Below, one piece after another: positions 40,712-52,935 of a DNA stretch of 64,000 nucleotides. The stretch covers positions 3,827,158 through 3,891,157 of the forward strand of contig BDGG01000003.1 of NCBI GenBank assembly GCA_001949185.1, written 5' to 3'. The notes beneath the pieces were generated by a model. The model did no database searches. It saw only the letters and a program-made list of their open reading frames with translations, and was not told where the DNA came from. A program made the position numbers and the translations under genes. The first letter of the stretch is position 1. Every line of letters begins with the position of its first letter. This DNA comes from Ramazzottius varieornatus. Its lineage: Eukaryota > Animalia > Tardigrada.

Positions 40712-43700
40712 CTACTTCGTATTTTCGATCAGGATAGCGATTCCTTGTCCACCGCCGATGCATGCGGATCCAATGGCGTATCTCCCCTTACGTCGCCTGT
40801 TGAAAAGTAGAAATGGTAGCTACAAAACGGTGCACGGTTTTATGTTTTGACGAAATTCTGATTCACCTTAGTTCGTGAGTCAGGTGTGACATTATGCGAC
40901 TTCCGGAAGCTCCGAGTGGATGTCCAAGGGCGATGGCTCCGCCATTGACATTCGTCTTCTCACTGGGAAGACCGAGTTCTTTCTGCACTGACAGGAACTG
41001 ACTGCCAAACGCTTCGTTAACCTGCAACCACAGGACAGTGTCAGCTTCCGACAAGCTTCTCCGATAAGCATAATTACTGCTACTGACCAATGGGAGGAAA
41101 ACTAGAAGACCGACTCACCTCGAACAGGTCGACATCTTCCATCATGACTCCGGTCTTCTCAAGTAAAGTCTTAATGGCGTAAGCTGGCCCTATACCCATT
41201 ACTTTAGGTTCACATCCTGAAACCAAAGAGCTGATTGAGGTACACGCGCTGTTCACAAGCCATCAAGAATGCAACGTTTACAACTGGAAGCGCACTAACC
41301 AACAGTATGCCAGCCGACAATACGGGCCAATGGTTCCAGTGCTCTGTCCTTAACAGCTTCTTCGCTTGCAATCACGAGGGCTCCAGCTCCATCACATACT
41401 CCCTACAAAGGAAGAGAAAAGGGTTTATATCCCATTAAGGCGAAATGGGACATTACTGTTCCTAGAACATTTCGGTGAAAGACCGCACTAACCGATGCAC
41501 TTCCGGGTGTCACTGTTCCTTTCTTCTTGAAGACCGTTGGCAGCTTGCCCAGTATCTCCATTGTTGTTTCTCGCGGATGCTCGTCCCTCTCAACCACTTC
41601 CTCACCTTTTCTGCCCTTTATCGTAACAGGCGCGGTCTCCAGCCTGAACCTGCCGTCTTCATAAGCTTCTTTCCATCGGGACTGAGACAGGAGCGCGAAC
41701 TTGTCGGCATCTTCCCTGGTTATGTTATACTGCTCGGCGAGGTTCTCGGCAGTTACGCCCATCGGAGTTTGGATATAGTAGTCGGTCAGGCCATCCCACA
41801 GTAGATCGACAAACTTATAATCTCCGCCTAGTTTCGTTCCGAACCGAACGTCCCTCACAGCAAACGGTGCTTGACTGAAAAAGTTTCAATACGGTTATCT
41901 CGATAAGTGGGGCGTCCGCATATGAATTCACTCAAATCCTTCTACAAAGTCGCGCACGCTCTCATCTGATAACAATGAGACCGTGCGCCACTCAACATAA
42001 CAATCCGGGTGAATTCACTTGCCGACGTTCCAAGTACACGTGTACTGTAGCGAAAGCAAATCATTTTTAGAAACAACAATACAAGTCTTCAAGTTTTCAA
42101 ATCCAATGATACAAGTCATCACGTTCAGGGGATCGTAACCGAACTTTCGCTCTACCTTGGCGGAGATTAAATCAGTACCAGAACCATCTTGCCCAGACCA
42201 CCAAGGGAAATGCTGACAGCTTTTCCAATCATCTTACAAACAAAATAAGACTTCCGATCAGGTTTCTTACCTCATACTTTCCGTGCCTCCGCACAGAACG
42301 ATCTGGCTTTCACCAGTGTGGATCTCTCGGGCTCCGTAGATGATAGATTCGAATCCACTTCCGCATAGCCGGTTGATGGTGACTGCAGGAACAGGAACAG
42401 GTATTCCACTCCGGAGAGAACAATGCCGTGCAAGGTAAGCGGCATCCCGACTTGACTGGATCACATTCCCAACAGCCACGCTGTCCACCCATTCCGGCTC
42501 TACGCTAGCTTGTTCGAGCGCTGCCTTCGAAGCCTGGAACGAAGGCAGAATTTTAACAGTAGCCACGTATTTTAACTTACCGAAGTGCCGAGTGACTGTC
42601 CCGAGTGATCTTACGATAACCGCCAAGTCAGTCGCGGAATGGTCCTTTAGCTTTCCTCCAAAGGCTCCAAAAGGCGTCCGCTTCGCTCCCACGATGAATA
42701 CTGCAAGAAAAAATGATCGTGTACAACAACTTGTAGCCGATTACCGGTATTACAGGTGCAAAGTGAACGGGAGTGGCAACTTAATCTCTATAATTGTATA
42801 ACACGGAACGTGTCGTGTACACTGCGTTCCATTTCGCGAGAGCTCCGCCCAAAAGGCTGGCCTTCCAGCGAAGCTTTAGAATGAATCATAGACCGCTTGG
42901 GTCATCGTACTGCGTGGATGAGCAGTTTTGGAGCGGCATAGCGTTTTGGTGGTCGCTATCCGCTTCGCTCCCCTTTGTAGCGAAACTATAGCGGACGGAG
43001 CTCTGGCCAAAACTGGACGTAGCGAAGCGGAATCCGTAGAAAACTACGAAAGCGGAAAAAGGACCAAAGCGGAGCGGAAAGCCGAATTCCGCTATGGTAA
43101 ATGTAAAAAGTCACAGTTTTTTCAGTTGAACGAGTGATTATCGTTCCAAATGCATATAGTTCTTAGAGGACAACCACCCATGTAAACCTTCGAGTGAGAG
43201 ATGACTAAGCGATCGCAAAATCAAGCACACCATACGGCACAAGTTTTCGCAAGAGGGCGACTAATCTCTTAACTTTAGTTGTCTAACGCATCTTCTGATG
43301 AAATCTTGACTTTCGCTCTTCCATGAAAACTTGTACCATCGGCTGTGCGAAGTGTACAAGAGGTTTGGTTGATTTTCGAGAGAACTGCTGAAGGATGGCT
43401 GCTACGGAGATTGTCATCGACGAAGATGACGATGTGGAAGCGTCGGAAGCATCGAGTGGAGACCGCGACCGGAAGGCGAAAGAATTCTACTCCACCTTTT
43501 TCACGTCGTTAGCTACCGCCAGAGAATCGAAGAACAGCAAGAGCTACGTAGTTCATTCCGGGAACTGTCGTCTGTGCCCGAAGGAAAAGAAGATTGAGAA
43601 GAAGATATCATCCCGGGACGGCTACAGTAACTTCAAAAGCCATGTGTTGACTTTCCACAACAAAAACCAGGTAATGATCCCCTCTCCGGAACTTTAACAG

Positions 43701-45855
43701 CCATCATATTTACCCGGATAGCTGGAATTGAATTCCCGTAACCTTGTTTTCAATTTTATTGCTGGTACTAGGAGGTGGTAACGTTCTGTGCATCGTCGGA
43801 AGGAGCGAAACGAAAAGCGGACAATGGCACGCTTGTCGATTACTTTCCTTCGGCGAAGAAGAAGCGACTTGGACGGAAGCATCCCAAGCAGATCCGTCTG
43901 GACGAAGCCGTAGCTCTTATCCAGGTGCAGACTCTGATCGCGCCGTCCGTGCTCGGTCACTCGTCCTTTGATAAAGCTATCAAAGTTGCAGACAGTGGTT
44001 TAGAGGTAAAGCCTATTATTTTCCATATGGGCGCATGACGTCATATCGAGACAGCTGTTTCGTACTTGTAGTGGCCGAAGAGGCACCGAATCGTCAAAAC
44101 GCTTCTACCTGCGCAGTACGTCAATATCAAAGCTGCGCTAGTCAGACTGTTGGACAAAGCGGACGCAGGAGCGATTAACATCGACATTTGGAGCAGTAAA
44201 CGTCAGCGTGGGTACCTCGGCATCAGTGTCCATTTCATCGACGAGAAGTTCCGCTTGCGCAATTTCCTTCTCGCCTGTCCTCGCTTCAAAGGCTCACACA
44301 CAGCTGAAGCGATACTCAAATTGACAGTGGAGGTGATTGCGGATTACGGTCTGCAAAGGAAGATCTTCTACGTGGGTACGGACAATGGAAGCAATATCAT
44401 TTGCGCATTCAAAGACTGGTTTCCGCAGTTCTATGAATTCAACAGCCCTGCCGATAGCTCAGGTACCGCCATGTAGAGAATCCTACAGTTTAGTCACTTG
44501 TCTGACTGGAAAAGTATCTTGCATTTACTCGTTGTTTGTTGCAGATGATGACTCACTTCAACAAGAAAGCCATTGCGTATAAATTTGCGTATATTCACTA
44601 GGCTGTTCAGCTTTATGGAAGACGAAGTTTCTCTGGCCAAGACTAAGCAGAGTCCAGCAATTACGGTTGAAGCAGAATATGAGCTCTATCTGAACAACGA
44701 CTGGAGCGGCGAGAACCCTTTGAACTTCTACCGGATGAAAGGAACGCAAGATATTTTCAAGAGGATGTGTGTGATAGCTAAGTAAATTTTATGTGCGCCT
44801 GCGACTACCGCTGGTATCGAGCGAATTTTCAGTATTTCGGGAAGAATTCTTAATGAGATTAGACTTCGCACCAATTATCTGAATTTCGAGAGACTATTAT
44901 TTTGTAATGTCAATCAAGACCTTCTTGATCTAATCGCGAAGAGCAAGCCTGCTGCAAAATGTTTCCAGTGAAACCTAATATTTTCAAAAATATTCCTATA
45001 GCGGTCCATAGCGGAAAGCGACCTTCGAAAATTCATAGCGAAACTAAAGCGGGAAGTAAGATCGAAGCAAAGCGGTAGCGAAGCGAAATGTTCCAGTTCT
45101 CATAACTGCTCATCCCTGCATCGTAGACAGCTGTTCAGGCATTCTAAAGGCCTCAAATTGAAGAAACTACCGCAAGCCTAAGCCTATGGCGGAAAGATCA
45201 AAGGATGATTCACATCTGACTTAATGAAAAGCCCAGACCGGTCACCACGCCCATTGACCAATAGACAGAAAAGAAGGGCCAATAAACCAGCTGCGATTGG
45301 GCGGTCAACTTATCAATACCGATGGCTAGTATCGGTGGTCAAACAGCAGAACCAATGGCCGGCACCTAGTGCTCAACCTAGAAAGATCAATGGTCAACCA
45401 CTAGTGATTAACCAACCTACCCACCCACCCTGGCGATCATATTATTGTACGATCATCTAATCTCCTGCCTAGTTACCCAGCCGCGTCGCTGCCGATCGCG
45501 CAGCAGGCAGCACGAGTTACGTCATACCCTGTCGGTCGTACCATTGTCCGACCGGCAGGGTCCTGAGAGTAATCAATTCTTTGTTAATCAACTAGCTGTT
45601 TTCGCCAGTTGATTCGTACGAATTTGAATGATCAGACACAAAGTCATGATTCAGCGAAGACTAAAAAAATTGGAAAAACCAGAGAAAAAATCGGGGAAGC
45701 ATCCTGAAAAAAGGATCGTGCTGTCTGGAGCTCGAGCTTCCTCTGATGAGTTTGCGATTCAGAGTCCCCTTAGGTATCCGCACAGTGACTCGAGCTCCCG
45801 TTCGACACTTACCATTGCAAAGCTTGTTCGCTGCCTGCAGTGATAAAGAATTCAT
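40712..45855 (-). CDS. ACAA2: 3-ketoacyl-CoA thiolase, mitochondrial
   Basis: [48 protein letters not shown] and [12 protein letters not shown]. Inferred first exon 45813-45855 ([14 protein letters not shown]) splices in frame across a ~3.1-kb intron to 42700. Confidence 0.93.
41908..42032. repeat. 125-bp intronic palindromic element, copy 7 (ACAA2 intron)
   Basis: AAGTCGCGCAC(41947)-N25-GTGCGCCACTC. Arms TGGGGCGTCCGCATATGAATTCACTC and GGGTGAATTCACTTGCCGACGTTCCA. Confidence 0.9.
42911..45118 (+). mobile_element. hAT (Ac-like) DNA transposon, defective, inside ACAA2 intron 1
   Basis: TIR core GGATGAGCAGTT / AACTGCTCATCC. 8-bp TSD-like CATCGTAC (42903-42910) and CATCGTAG (45119-45126). AGCGGA/AGCGAA subterminal repeats. 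BED finger CRLC...[34 protein letters not shown], and a C-terminal dimerisation domain ([12 protein letters not shown]) with an in-frame stop at 44783. Confidence 0.92.
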
Positions 45856-46222
45856 CTTTGGAATGTAAGTCGATCCACAGGATACAGGTACGGAAGATCA
45901 ACAGATAAAGAGAGCGAAGTTACGGAAGACGAAGAATCGTTCGAAAATCGAAACAAACCAAAAACAAAACTTGAAGTTTTATTTTATTCAAGAAATTGCG
46001 ATGTTCGAGGGGGAAGAGAAAATAGGTGGGGTGTTGATTGCTTGATTGTGTTGTGAATCGATTAGCAGGCTGCAGGCAGGTATAATTAGACCATAGTGGC
46101 ATAGTCCTCCCGAATCCCGATTGTTCCTCCGCGTGCAGATCTCTCCCGGCTCCGTTTTCCTTTGCAGACATTAGAGGCGAGTTGGATACAGAGTAGCGAG
46201 GACCTGGGACGCAGGTTGAATC

Positions 46223-47905
46223 ATGACAGGCCTGTCGAAAGCTCTAGCCGCTTGGGAGAAGCTATTTGGTCGGCTTCAGTCGGTCGTAATCGGAGTTGTC
46301 CATCTACATGCTCTGCCGGGAACACCGAGGAACTCAAAAAGCATCCAGGAGATTGTCGATGTGGCCTGCAAGGAAGCCAACATCTACTTCAAACATGGGG
46401 TGGTAAGCACTGAAAATCGTCAATTCCAGCAGCTGACTGCAACGAGAAACAGAGACAGTGTACCGTATTAACTTCCGGTTTCTTGTAAACAGGATGCGGT
46501 GATAGTTGAGAACAGCCACGACATTCCTTACGTTAAGCACCCTCATATCGGACCGGAGATCACCTCGTAAGCTAACACTATTTCGTAGGCTTGGGATTCT
46601 GACCAGACTTATTGTATGTGTATTTTGTTTTCCGTTCCTGAAAACTGCACATGTGCATTGTGTTGTAGGTATGTCACGCGAGTCTGTGCCGAGATTCGGC
46701 GGCAGTTCCCCAAGAAGCCGATCGGTGTGCAGGTTTTGGCAGGAGGAAATGCAGAAGCTTTAGCGATTGCGCACGCTTGTGGGTAAATCTTGCCAACGAT
46801 ACGCGTAAAGGACCGGAATTGGTTCCCTGGTGTTTAGGAATCGTGCTTCTTGCAGGTTGAACTTTATAAGGGCAGAAGGCTTTGTCTACACAGCAGTTGC
46901 AGGTGAGGAGTTTGTCTGCTTTCCATGGAAATGCGATTGGTGCTAGACTCTTGTACACACATTGTTACGTATCATTGAATTTTGTGATTTCCGTGTTTCT
47001 GCAGATGAAGGCATTATTGACGCCTGCGCAGGACCACTCCTCAGAATGCGAAAACATATCGGGGCCGAAAATGTCATGATATTGGCCGATATAAAGAAGA
47101 AGCACAGGTACAAAAGAGAAATTTCGTTCGTCATGTTTTACTATTTAGAAGCCTGAAGCGTCGAGCAAAAAAGAACCGTCGAATACTGCAGTACGGGAAG
47201 TCAGAATGATAACGTAAAGTTTTCTTCGTAGAACTGACTGGAGCAAGTTCTGTTTTCTTTTCTCAGTGCCCACACGATCACCAGCGATTTGACCATCCAG
47301 AATGTCGCACAGGGAGCAGAATTTTGTCTGGCGGATGGAGTAATCATTACCGGTATCATGACGGGAAAGCAACCGGATCCCCAAGAAGCAGCAGGTATTA
47401 TGCAGCCTGGCTTATTCGTCTTGTTTCACTCCGCGAACCACTGTCTGGCTTACTCAGTGTCTTAGACGAAAGCAAACTACTGTATTGCACCTGATGAGAT
47501 GCTTGTTTGATTTTAGTTACTCAGAGAGTTGTCAGCATCCCCGTGCTTTTCGGTTCAGGAGTTACTACCGAGAACCTCCATGCTTTTATCGGTGACGCCA
47601 ACGGTCTCATCGTCGGGTCGGACTTCAAAGTTGATGGTTAGTACGAAAACCGAGCACGAATAATGAAGCTGGTAAAAAGTAGAAAAGAAATTCGAAGCTC
47701 AGTTGGAAACAGTTTGTCATCTTCACGTTGTGTGGCTGTGTTCTTCCGATACAACATGCATGCTGTTTTTCCAGGAAAAATGCTGAACGACCTAGACGAG
47801 AAGAGAGTGGAGAAGTTTATGAAAGCGGTGGCAAAACTACGCGATACCGTGGTCGATGAGAACTCCGCTAAGAAGACGAAACCCACCACTACCTTCATTG
47901 GATAG
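46223..47905 (+). CDS. BtpA/SgcQ family TIM-barrel protein
   Basis: VIGVVHLHALPGTP, VIVENSHDIPY, PIGVQVLAGGN, FIRAEGFV, ADEG, ILADIKKKHS, ADGVIITG, PVLFGSGV and IVGSDFK. GT-AG introns. Confidence 0.92.
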
Positions 47906-48616
47906 ACAGCGGTAAAAGCACCTACTAGAACGGTGAATTCAAGGTGTGAAGTTTCAAAAGGTGAAGCCTCAGGTTGAGAATGTTTTGACATTTTTTGCTA
48001 TGGATTTGGCTCGTTGCCGAAGAAAACGTCGTTCCGATGACGTTCATAGAACTACGGCCTTTGAAATTTTAACAAGAGCTTTTTTACTCAGCTTTCATTT
48101 TACGCAGGCAAACTTGGCTCGTCATTCGTTTTGTCACTCAAGGTGATCGCATCTCTGTGCGGTGGAACTTCCATGTACGGTATTCAGAAAAGAAAAAGTG
48201 AGAAATAAAAACGGAGTTCGCAAGATATCAAGAAACATCAAGGTACAATCACATGCTCAGACATTCGTTATAGCTTTGACTGATAACAAGGCTTTATGGA
48301 CGAGATCATGTTCGTTTTGTTGCTTTTTTTCTTCGTCGTGTGCGGAGGGATGAACGATTATACAGGGCAACTCTTTCACTGTACACACGTGCAGTCATGT
48401 GGCGAGGACATTAGACATTCTCTTGGCGAAGAAACGAGGTCGGGGTCGATACCGAAGAGTGCTGACATATCCAGAAACAATGTGGTACGTCAGGCGAAAA
48501 CATCAAGTACAGAGAACTAGCCGCGATAGCGCTGACATTCGAAGTGGATTAACTGCAAAGTCCAAGTTCGTCGGCATAGTGGAATAACCCCCAACCACGT
48601 TGCGAACTCATGTTGA

Positions 48617-49759
48617 TTACTGAAGGCAACGGTAATTCCCTTCACGCACCGTACTATTCTTGGGAATATTGACTCGTGTCAGCCGATTACTGCGGCGCAC
48701 TTGTTTCCTCGATAAAGCCTTCTTCCAGGTCCGAAGTTCCGTCTCCTCGTGCTGCAGTTGTTTGTCTGCTTCGGCCATGAGGTTAGTCTCCCCCAACGCA
48801 GTTCGAACCGCGGGAGTTGCCGCGTTAAAGTTTGTGGTGGCTCCCGAACTCTGGCGGGTTCTTCGAGTCCTTCGCTTCCTCTTGCCCTTCCTCTGTACAA
48901 CAGGCGCTGTGTTCTCGTCGACCGGTACGACAGCAAGTTGGCCTTGATCGTCCGGTGTATCACGGGATGAGGGGCAGTCTTCCTCCATTACTGGAGGCGC
49001 AGACTGGTACAAGAGTCGTCCAGCTTGACGGGCGGTAGCTGCAACCGGTAATAGGTAAACTGACATTGATGGATGTTCGAGCAAGAGGTCCTCGAAAGGG
49101 TTGTTAGTTGGGCATGGCGCGGATCGGGTAAAGCAGGGCGGTGGAGCCAGGTACCAGGCGGCAGCCCTGCTCTTCCAGCTTTCCACGTTATCCATCACTA
49201 TGGACAAAAGGCACCCATTACCACTGTACACCATTTCACCGCAGATTTTACCCACACGCAGTGATATCGCGGCGAAAACAGCAAAACCCGTAAACAATGG
49301 TGTTAGTGACACAACACGCAATACCGATACGACAAAAACAGATCGGATTGCACGGAAACCAGGAAGTAGTACAACACGGATGGGGTTTTCCGCAGAGCTC
49401 AACGGCACACAGTTTCGAAATCGATTGATTCCAGGTACCAGTGTGGCTGATTGAATGTGTTATACCGTACCTGGATCTTCATCTTCCTCTTCCGCCAGGG
49501 CGAAGAGTCCTTCGTCAGCATCCGCGTCGGACGGGTTCTCCGAGGGTTCGCGCCTGGTATTCGCTCGGCAGACGATTTGCCATCCGTCCTGGTCCTCGAT
49601 ATCATACTGGACATTCTTCGAGTCATCTGGATCACAAAGGTCCGGTGAGGTCCTCTCAGGTCCGTCTCGAGTCTCAGTCACTTCCGGCACCACCTGACAG
49701 TTTTCGTCGCTGGTTTTAGAGCAGAGGTATCCCAGTACGTTGTTCAGCATGGACGCCAT
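48617..49759 (-). CDS. TP53INP/DOR-family autophagy regulator
   Basis: LIR-like EDQDGWQIV, and the DOR motif ESW...WYLAPPPCF...NPFEDLLLEHPSMSVY. Basic C-terminus. One coding intron at ~49200-49470. Confidence 0.85.
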
Positions 49760-51863
49760 TTTGTTTCGGCCTTGATTAGGACGATACAAAGAGTTGTTCC
49801 TGGCGTAGCAGTGACTAAAATCGATCGCTCAATATAGATGTGGGCGTTTCACCAAATGGAACAGCTGCTGGTCCTGCAACAAAGAAAAGCTGGTGGTAAG
49901 CAAGGTCGGTCACTCATCTTTGCCAGTGACGAGTATACTATCGATTTGTGAGTTTAGCGCTAGTCGTGCAGTTGATGTACTGTCCGATGATCATGCTCGA
50001 AATGCGACGTAGTTATCGACACGTGAACGTCAAGCACTGGCACAACCCTAGGACGGGGAACTGCACCGAATAACAACTGCGGGGAAAACTGCTTTGCACT
50101 GTGGTTTCAATCAGTTGGGGAACTTTCCGTCTACCAAGGCATAGTTTCTGGGTACGCCGCGGCTAGAGGAAGGACCATCATCGAAATTCAGAACATGACC
50201 GTGACAAAGGATGTTTGATGTGGTGGCGGTCCATTTGTGAATTATGAAATACGAGTAAATCAGGTTTGGTAATGACAAGCTTTCATAAAGCGCCGCCCAT
50301 GCTGGGGTGCTGAAGCTTCGCACGAAACTGTCAGTGATTAATCAAATCCATCATCGACCTAAATATAGACCAAGTCCTACATAACAGGTTCCCCAGCCAG
50401 TCTACAATGTGTGGGATTGAGAAAAATGGAATTCCTCGGGCGGAGGCTTGTTCCCGTGCCTTGCTTGTGCACGTACGAGACGAAATTTTAACCACTGTCC
50501 GTCCGTTGATAAAAGAAGGAAACGCGGCAGGAGAAGACACAATCAATGAGAAGGAGGTGATAAAGGGCGGAGAGGAGAGTACCGTGAGCATTTTCTCGCT
50601 CGCCCCTGTATTTTCTCATTCATCCGCTCATTGCCCGTCCTCTCAGTGGGATCCCGTATTGTGATTCCCCGAGCGTCATCTGTCAATTACCAGCTAAAAA
50701 TGGAGCAGCTTCAGAGTTCAAACACAGCCAACTCCTCGACATGCATAGGGACAAAGGGCAATTTGCATGCACATGCATGCAGATCCCCCAAACACTTGCA
50801 GCGCACAGCTCGGGTTTCCCGATATTTCTGGCCAGACGTTTGGTTCTTGATCTCGTTGAGTAAGAGCGAACATAATTCAACGCACATGTAAGATAGGTAA
50901 CTAGCACCAACATCATGCTCCAATGATTCGACGTACCTTTGAACAGTGCGCCCAGCGTTATGTAGAGTATCGAATAACAAGCAATCAAGATGAAGGATAA
51001 GCAAAATCTGTAAGGCAGACTGCGAATTATATTGAAGGAAGATATGCGGATATGGTGAAGAGGTCGCCGTTCAAGGGAAAAACTGGACAAAGAAATTATG
51101 GATTTTTTCTACACGTTATCTACAGCAGCTAATCGCGTCGACGATGAATGAAGTTTCGTGCAAGACGTTCCAACAGCTGATTATTGTTGTCGTTTCTAAT
51201 TCCTCTCAGTATAAGAGCCTGGCCGTCATAAGCGTGTGCACGAAGAGATCTCGTGCAGTATTTGCCTTAACTTTGCTGCCAGTTCACATTACGTGTACGT
51301 CAAAGAAGTACATAAAGAGCGGAAGTGTAATGGGCGGAACCGATGGGAGCTGCATGCGCTGCTTCAGTAGTTGGACAAGTATGTTCACCAATGGGCGAGG
51401 CAAATATTGCTGGCGTAGGTTCCTTTCTTCGGCTAACCAATGAAACCTAGCTTGTGAGAAAGAACTTTACACATAAGACAGTTGTCTAAAGCACCACTGA
51501 AGCGAGGAACCCAACCGCAAGATCGATGAGGTGGCGATGGAGTACCACCGTTGAGTCCTCAGTCAAAAGAACGCTATGAATTACCGAACGAAATTACGAT
51601 TTGTAAATTATGACAAGTTGATTTCCATTCTAGCCAAGATGTAAGCTCGCACAGATTCGAACAGCTTCAGGTTTGGTCGAGAGTTTCAGTGGATTTTCAA
51701 AGCAGAAAGCCAACCTTGCGGTTATTGTACAGTAGTAGGTTTAGTTGTCCACATAGAAACGTGGTTACGGAGCTCTTGGTGTAGTGAACTCCACAATGCC
51801 TGAAAACCGCAGGTCTTGAAGCAACCTTGTTACTCTATATTCACGGCACGATCGTCTGCGTCG

Positions 51864-52602
51864 TCACTTCCAGCGCCCAGTTTGCTCATAACTGCAATAG
51901 ACAACGATACACTTGCTTTGCACTCCAGGTTCACAATAAAAAGGGTTCAGGCATTCTCTGCAAAGCGGGCTCTTGTAGTACTTACGAGTCATAAGCTTCA
52001 TGATCTGCTCCATCGTCATGCTACCACCGGCCGCAGCACCTTCGGCCTGGAAAAACAAATAAAAGAAGACAAGAATTTACAAGTTGGAATCAGTTTAGTC
52101 GGCGCCACGCGAGTACTACCAAACATTTTTATCATTCGTTTTTGTTCTATCAGTTTAGACTGATAAAGTTTTTAGCTGTGTTCCGCTCAAACTACTCGAC
52201 GTATGCTCCTAATTACCGGTGGCGGCGGTGCCGCTTCAGATCCCGCAGCTGGAGCGTCTCCTGCTGGAGGTGCGGCGCTGGGGTCCAGCATCTTCAGCAG
52301 CTGCATCATGGCCATGGCTGACTTGAGCATTTCTGCCGGAGTCTGAGCTGCCTCGCCGGATCTGGTCTGTTTACCGATCTTGTTAGTTGTTCCATCTGTA
52401 AATATAAAGATCGAGTTAGATTTCAGCCTGGGAACAGCAAGGACCATTGCATCGAACCTAAAGAGCCTTTGGGGATGACGGCGGTAGCGCCGGCTACCGG
52501 CTTGGACTCCGCGTCGTTTACGGGGTTCCCGTTGAGTGATTTCGCACAGACAAACAAACCGACCAACGTTATCCACATGAATGAAGCTGCTCGAAGGTCC
52601 AT
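51864..52602 (-). CDS. Small secreted orphan protein with Ala/Pro-rich linker and Cys-rich C-terminus (3 exons)
   Basis: MDLRAASFMWITLVGLFVCAKSLNG signal peptide, in-phase GT-AG joins, and C-terminal CRECLNPFYCEPGVQSKCIVVYC. Confidence 0.65.
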
Positions 52603-52935
52603 CGTACTGAATTCTTCAGAAAACTCTTAAGGACCTTAATGACAACACCAAATTCGATGCACTGAAATTATATTTTGTTTGTGCGGAAGGAACCACCAAA
52701 CCAGCAGACGTCACTCGACTTTTGCTTGCCCATGCGGGATGCTTATGGAAACGCCTTTAATACGCAGTTTCTCGGGTGGAGGAACGTGACTTCCTGTGGG
52801 TTTTACGACTTTCAACCTCTTAACTTTCTAGTAGAATGTAGGTTTACCCGCGTAGGACGACCGTTTTTTTTTCTCGCACCGGGGAGTACATAAAATCGCG
52901 CGTTTGGCATGCGCGTTACTATTTTTCGAAGAAGA

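Noticed and set aside
46223-47905. BtpA/SgcQ gene as an HGT candidate
   Set aside because: The family is known from many invertebrates and nothing here marks it as foreign.
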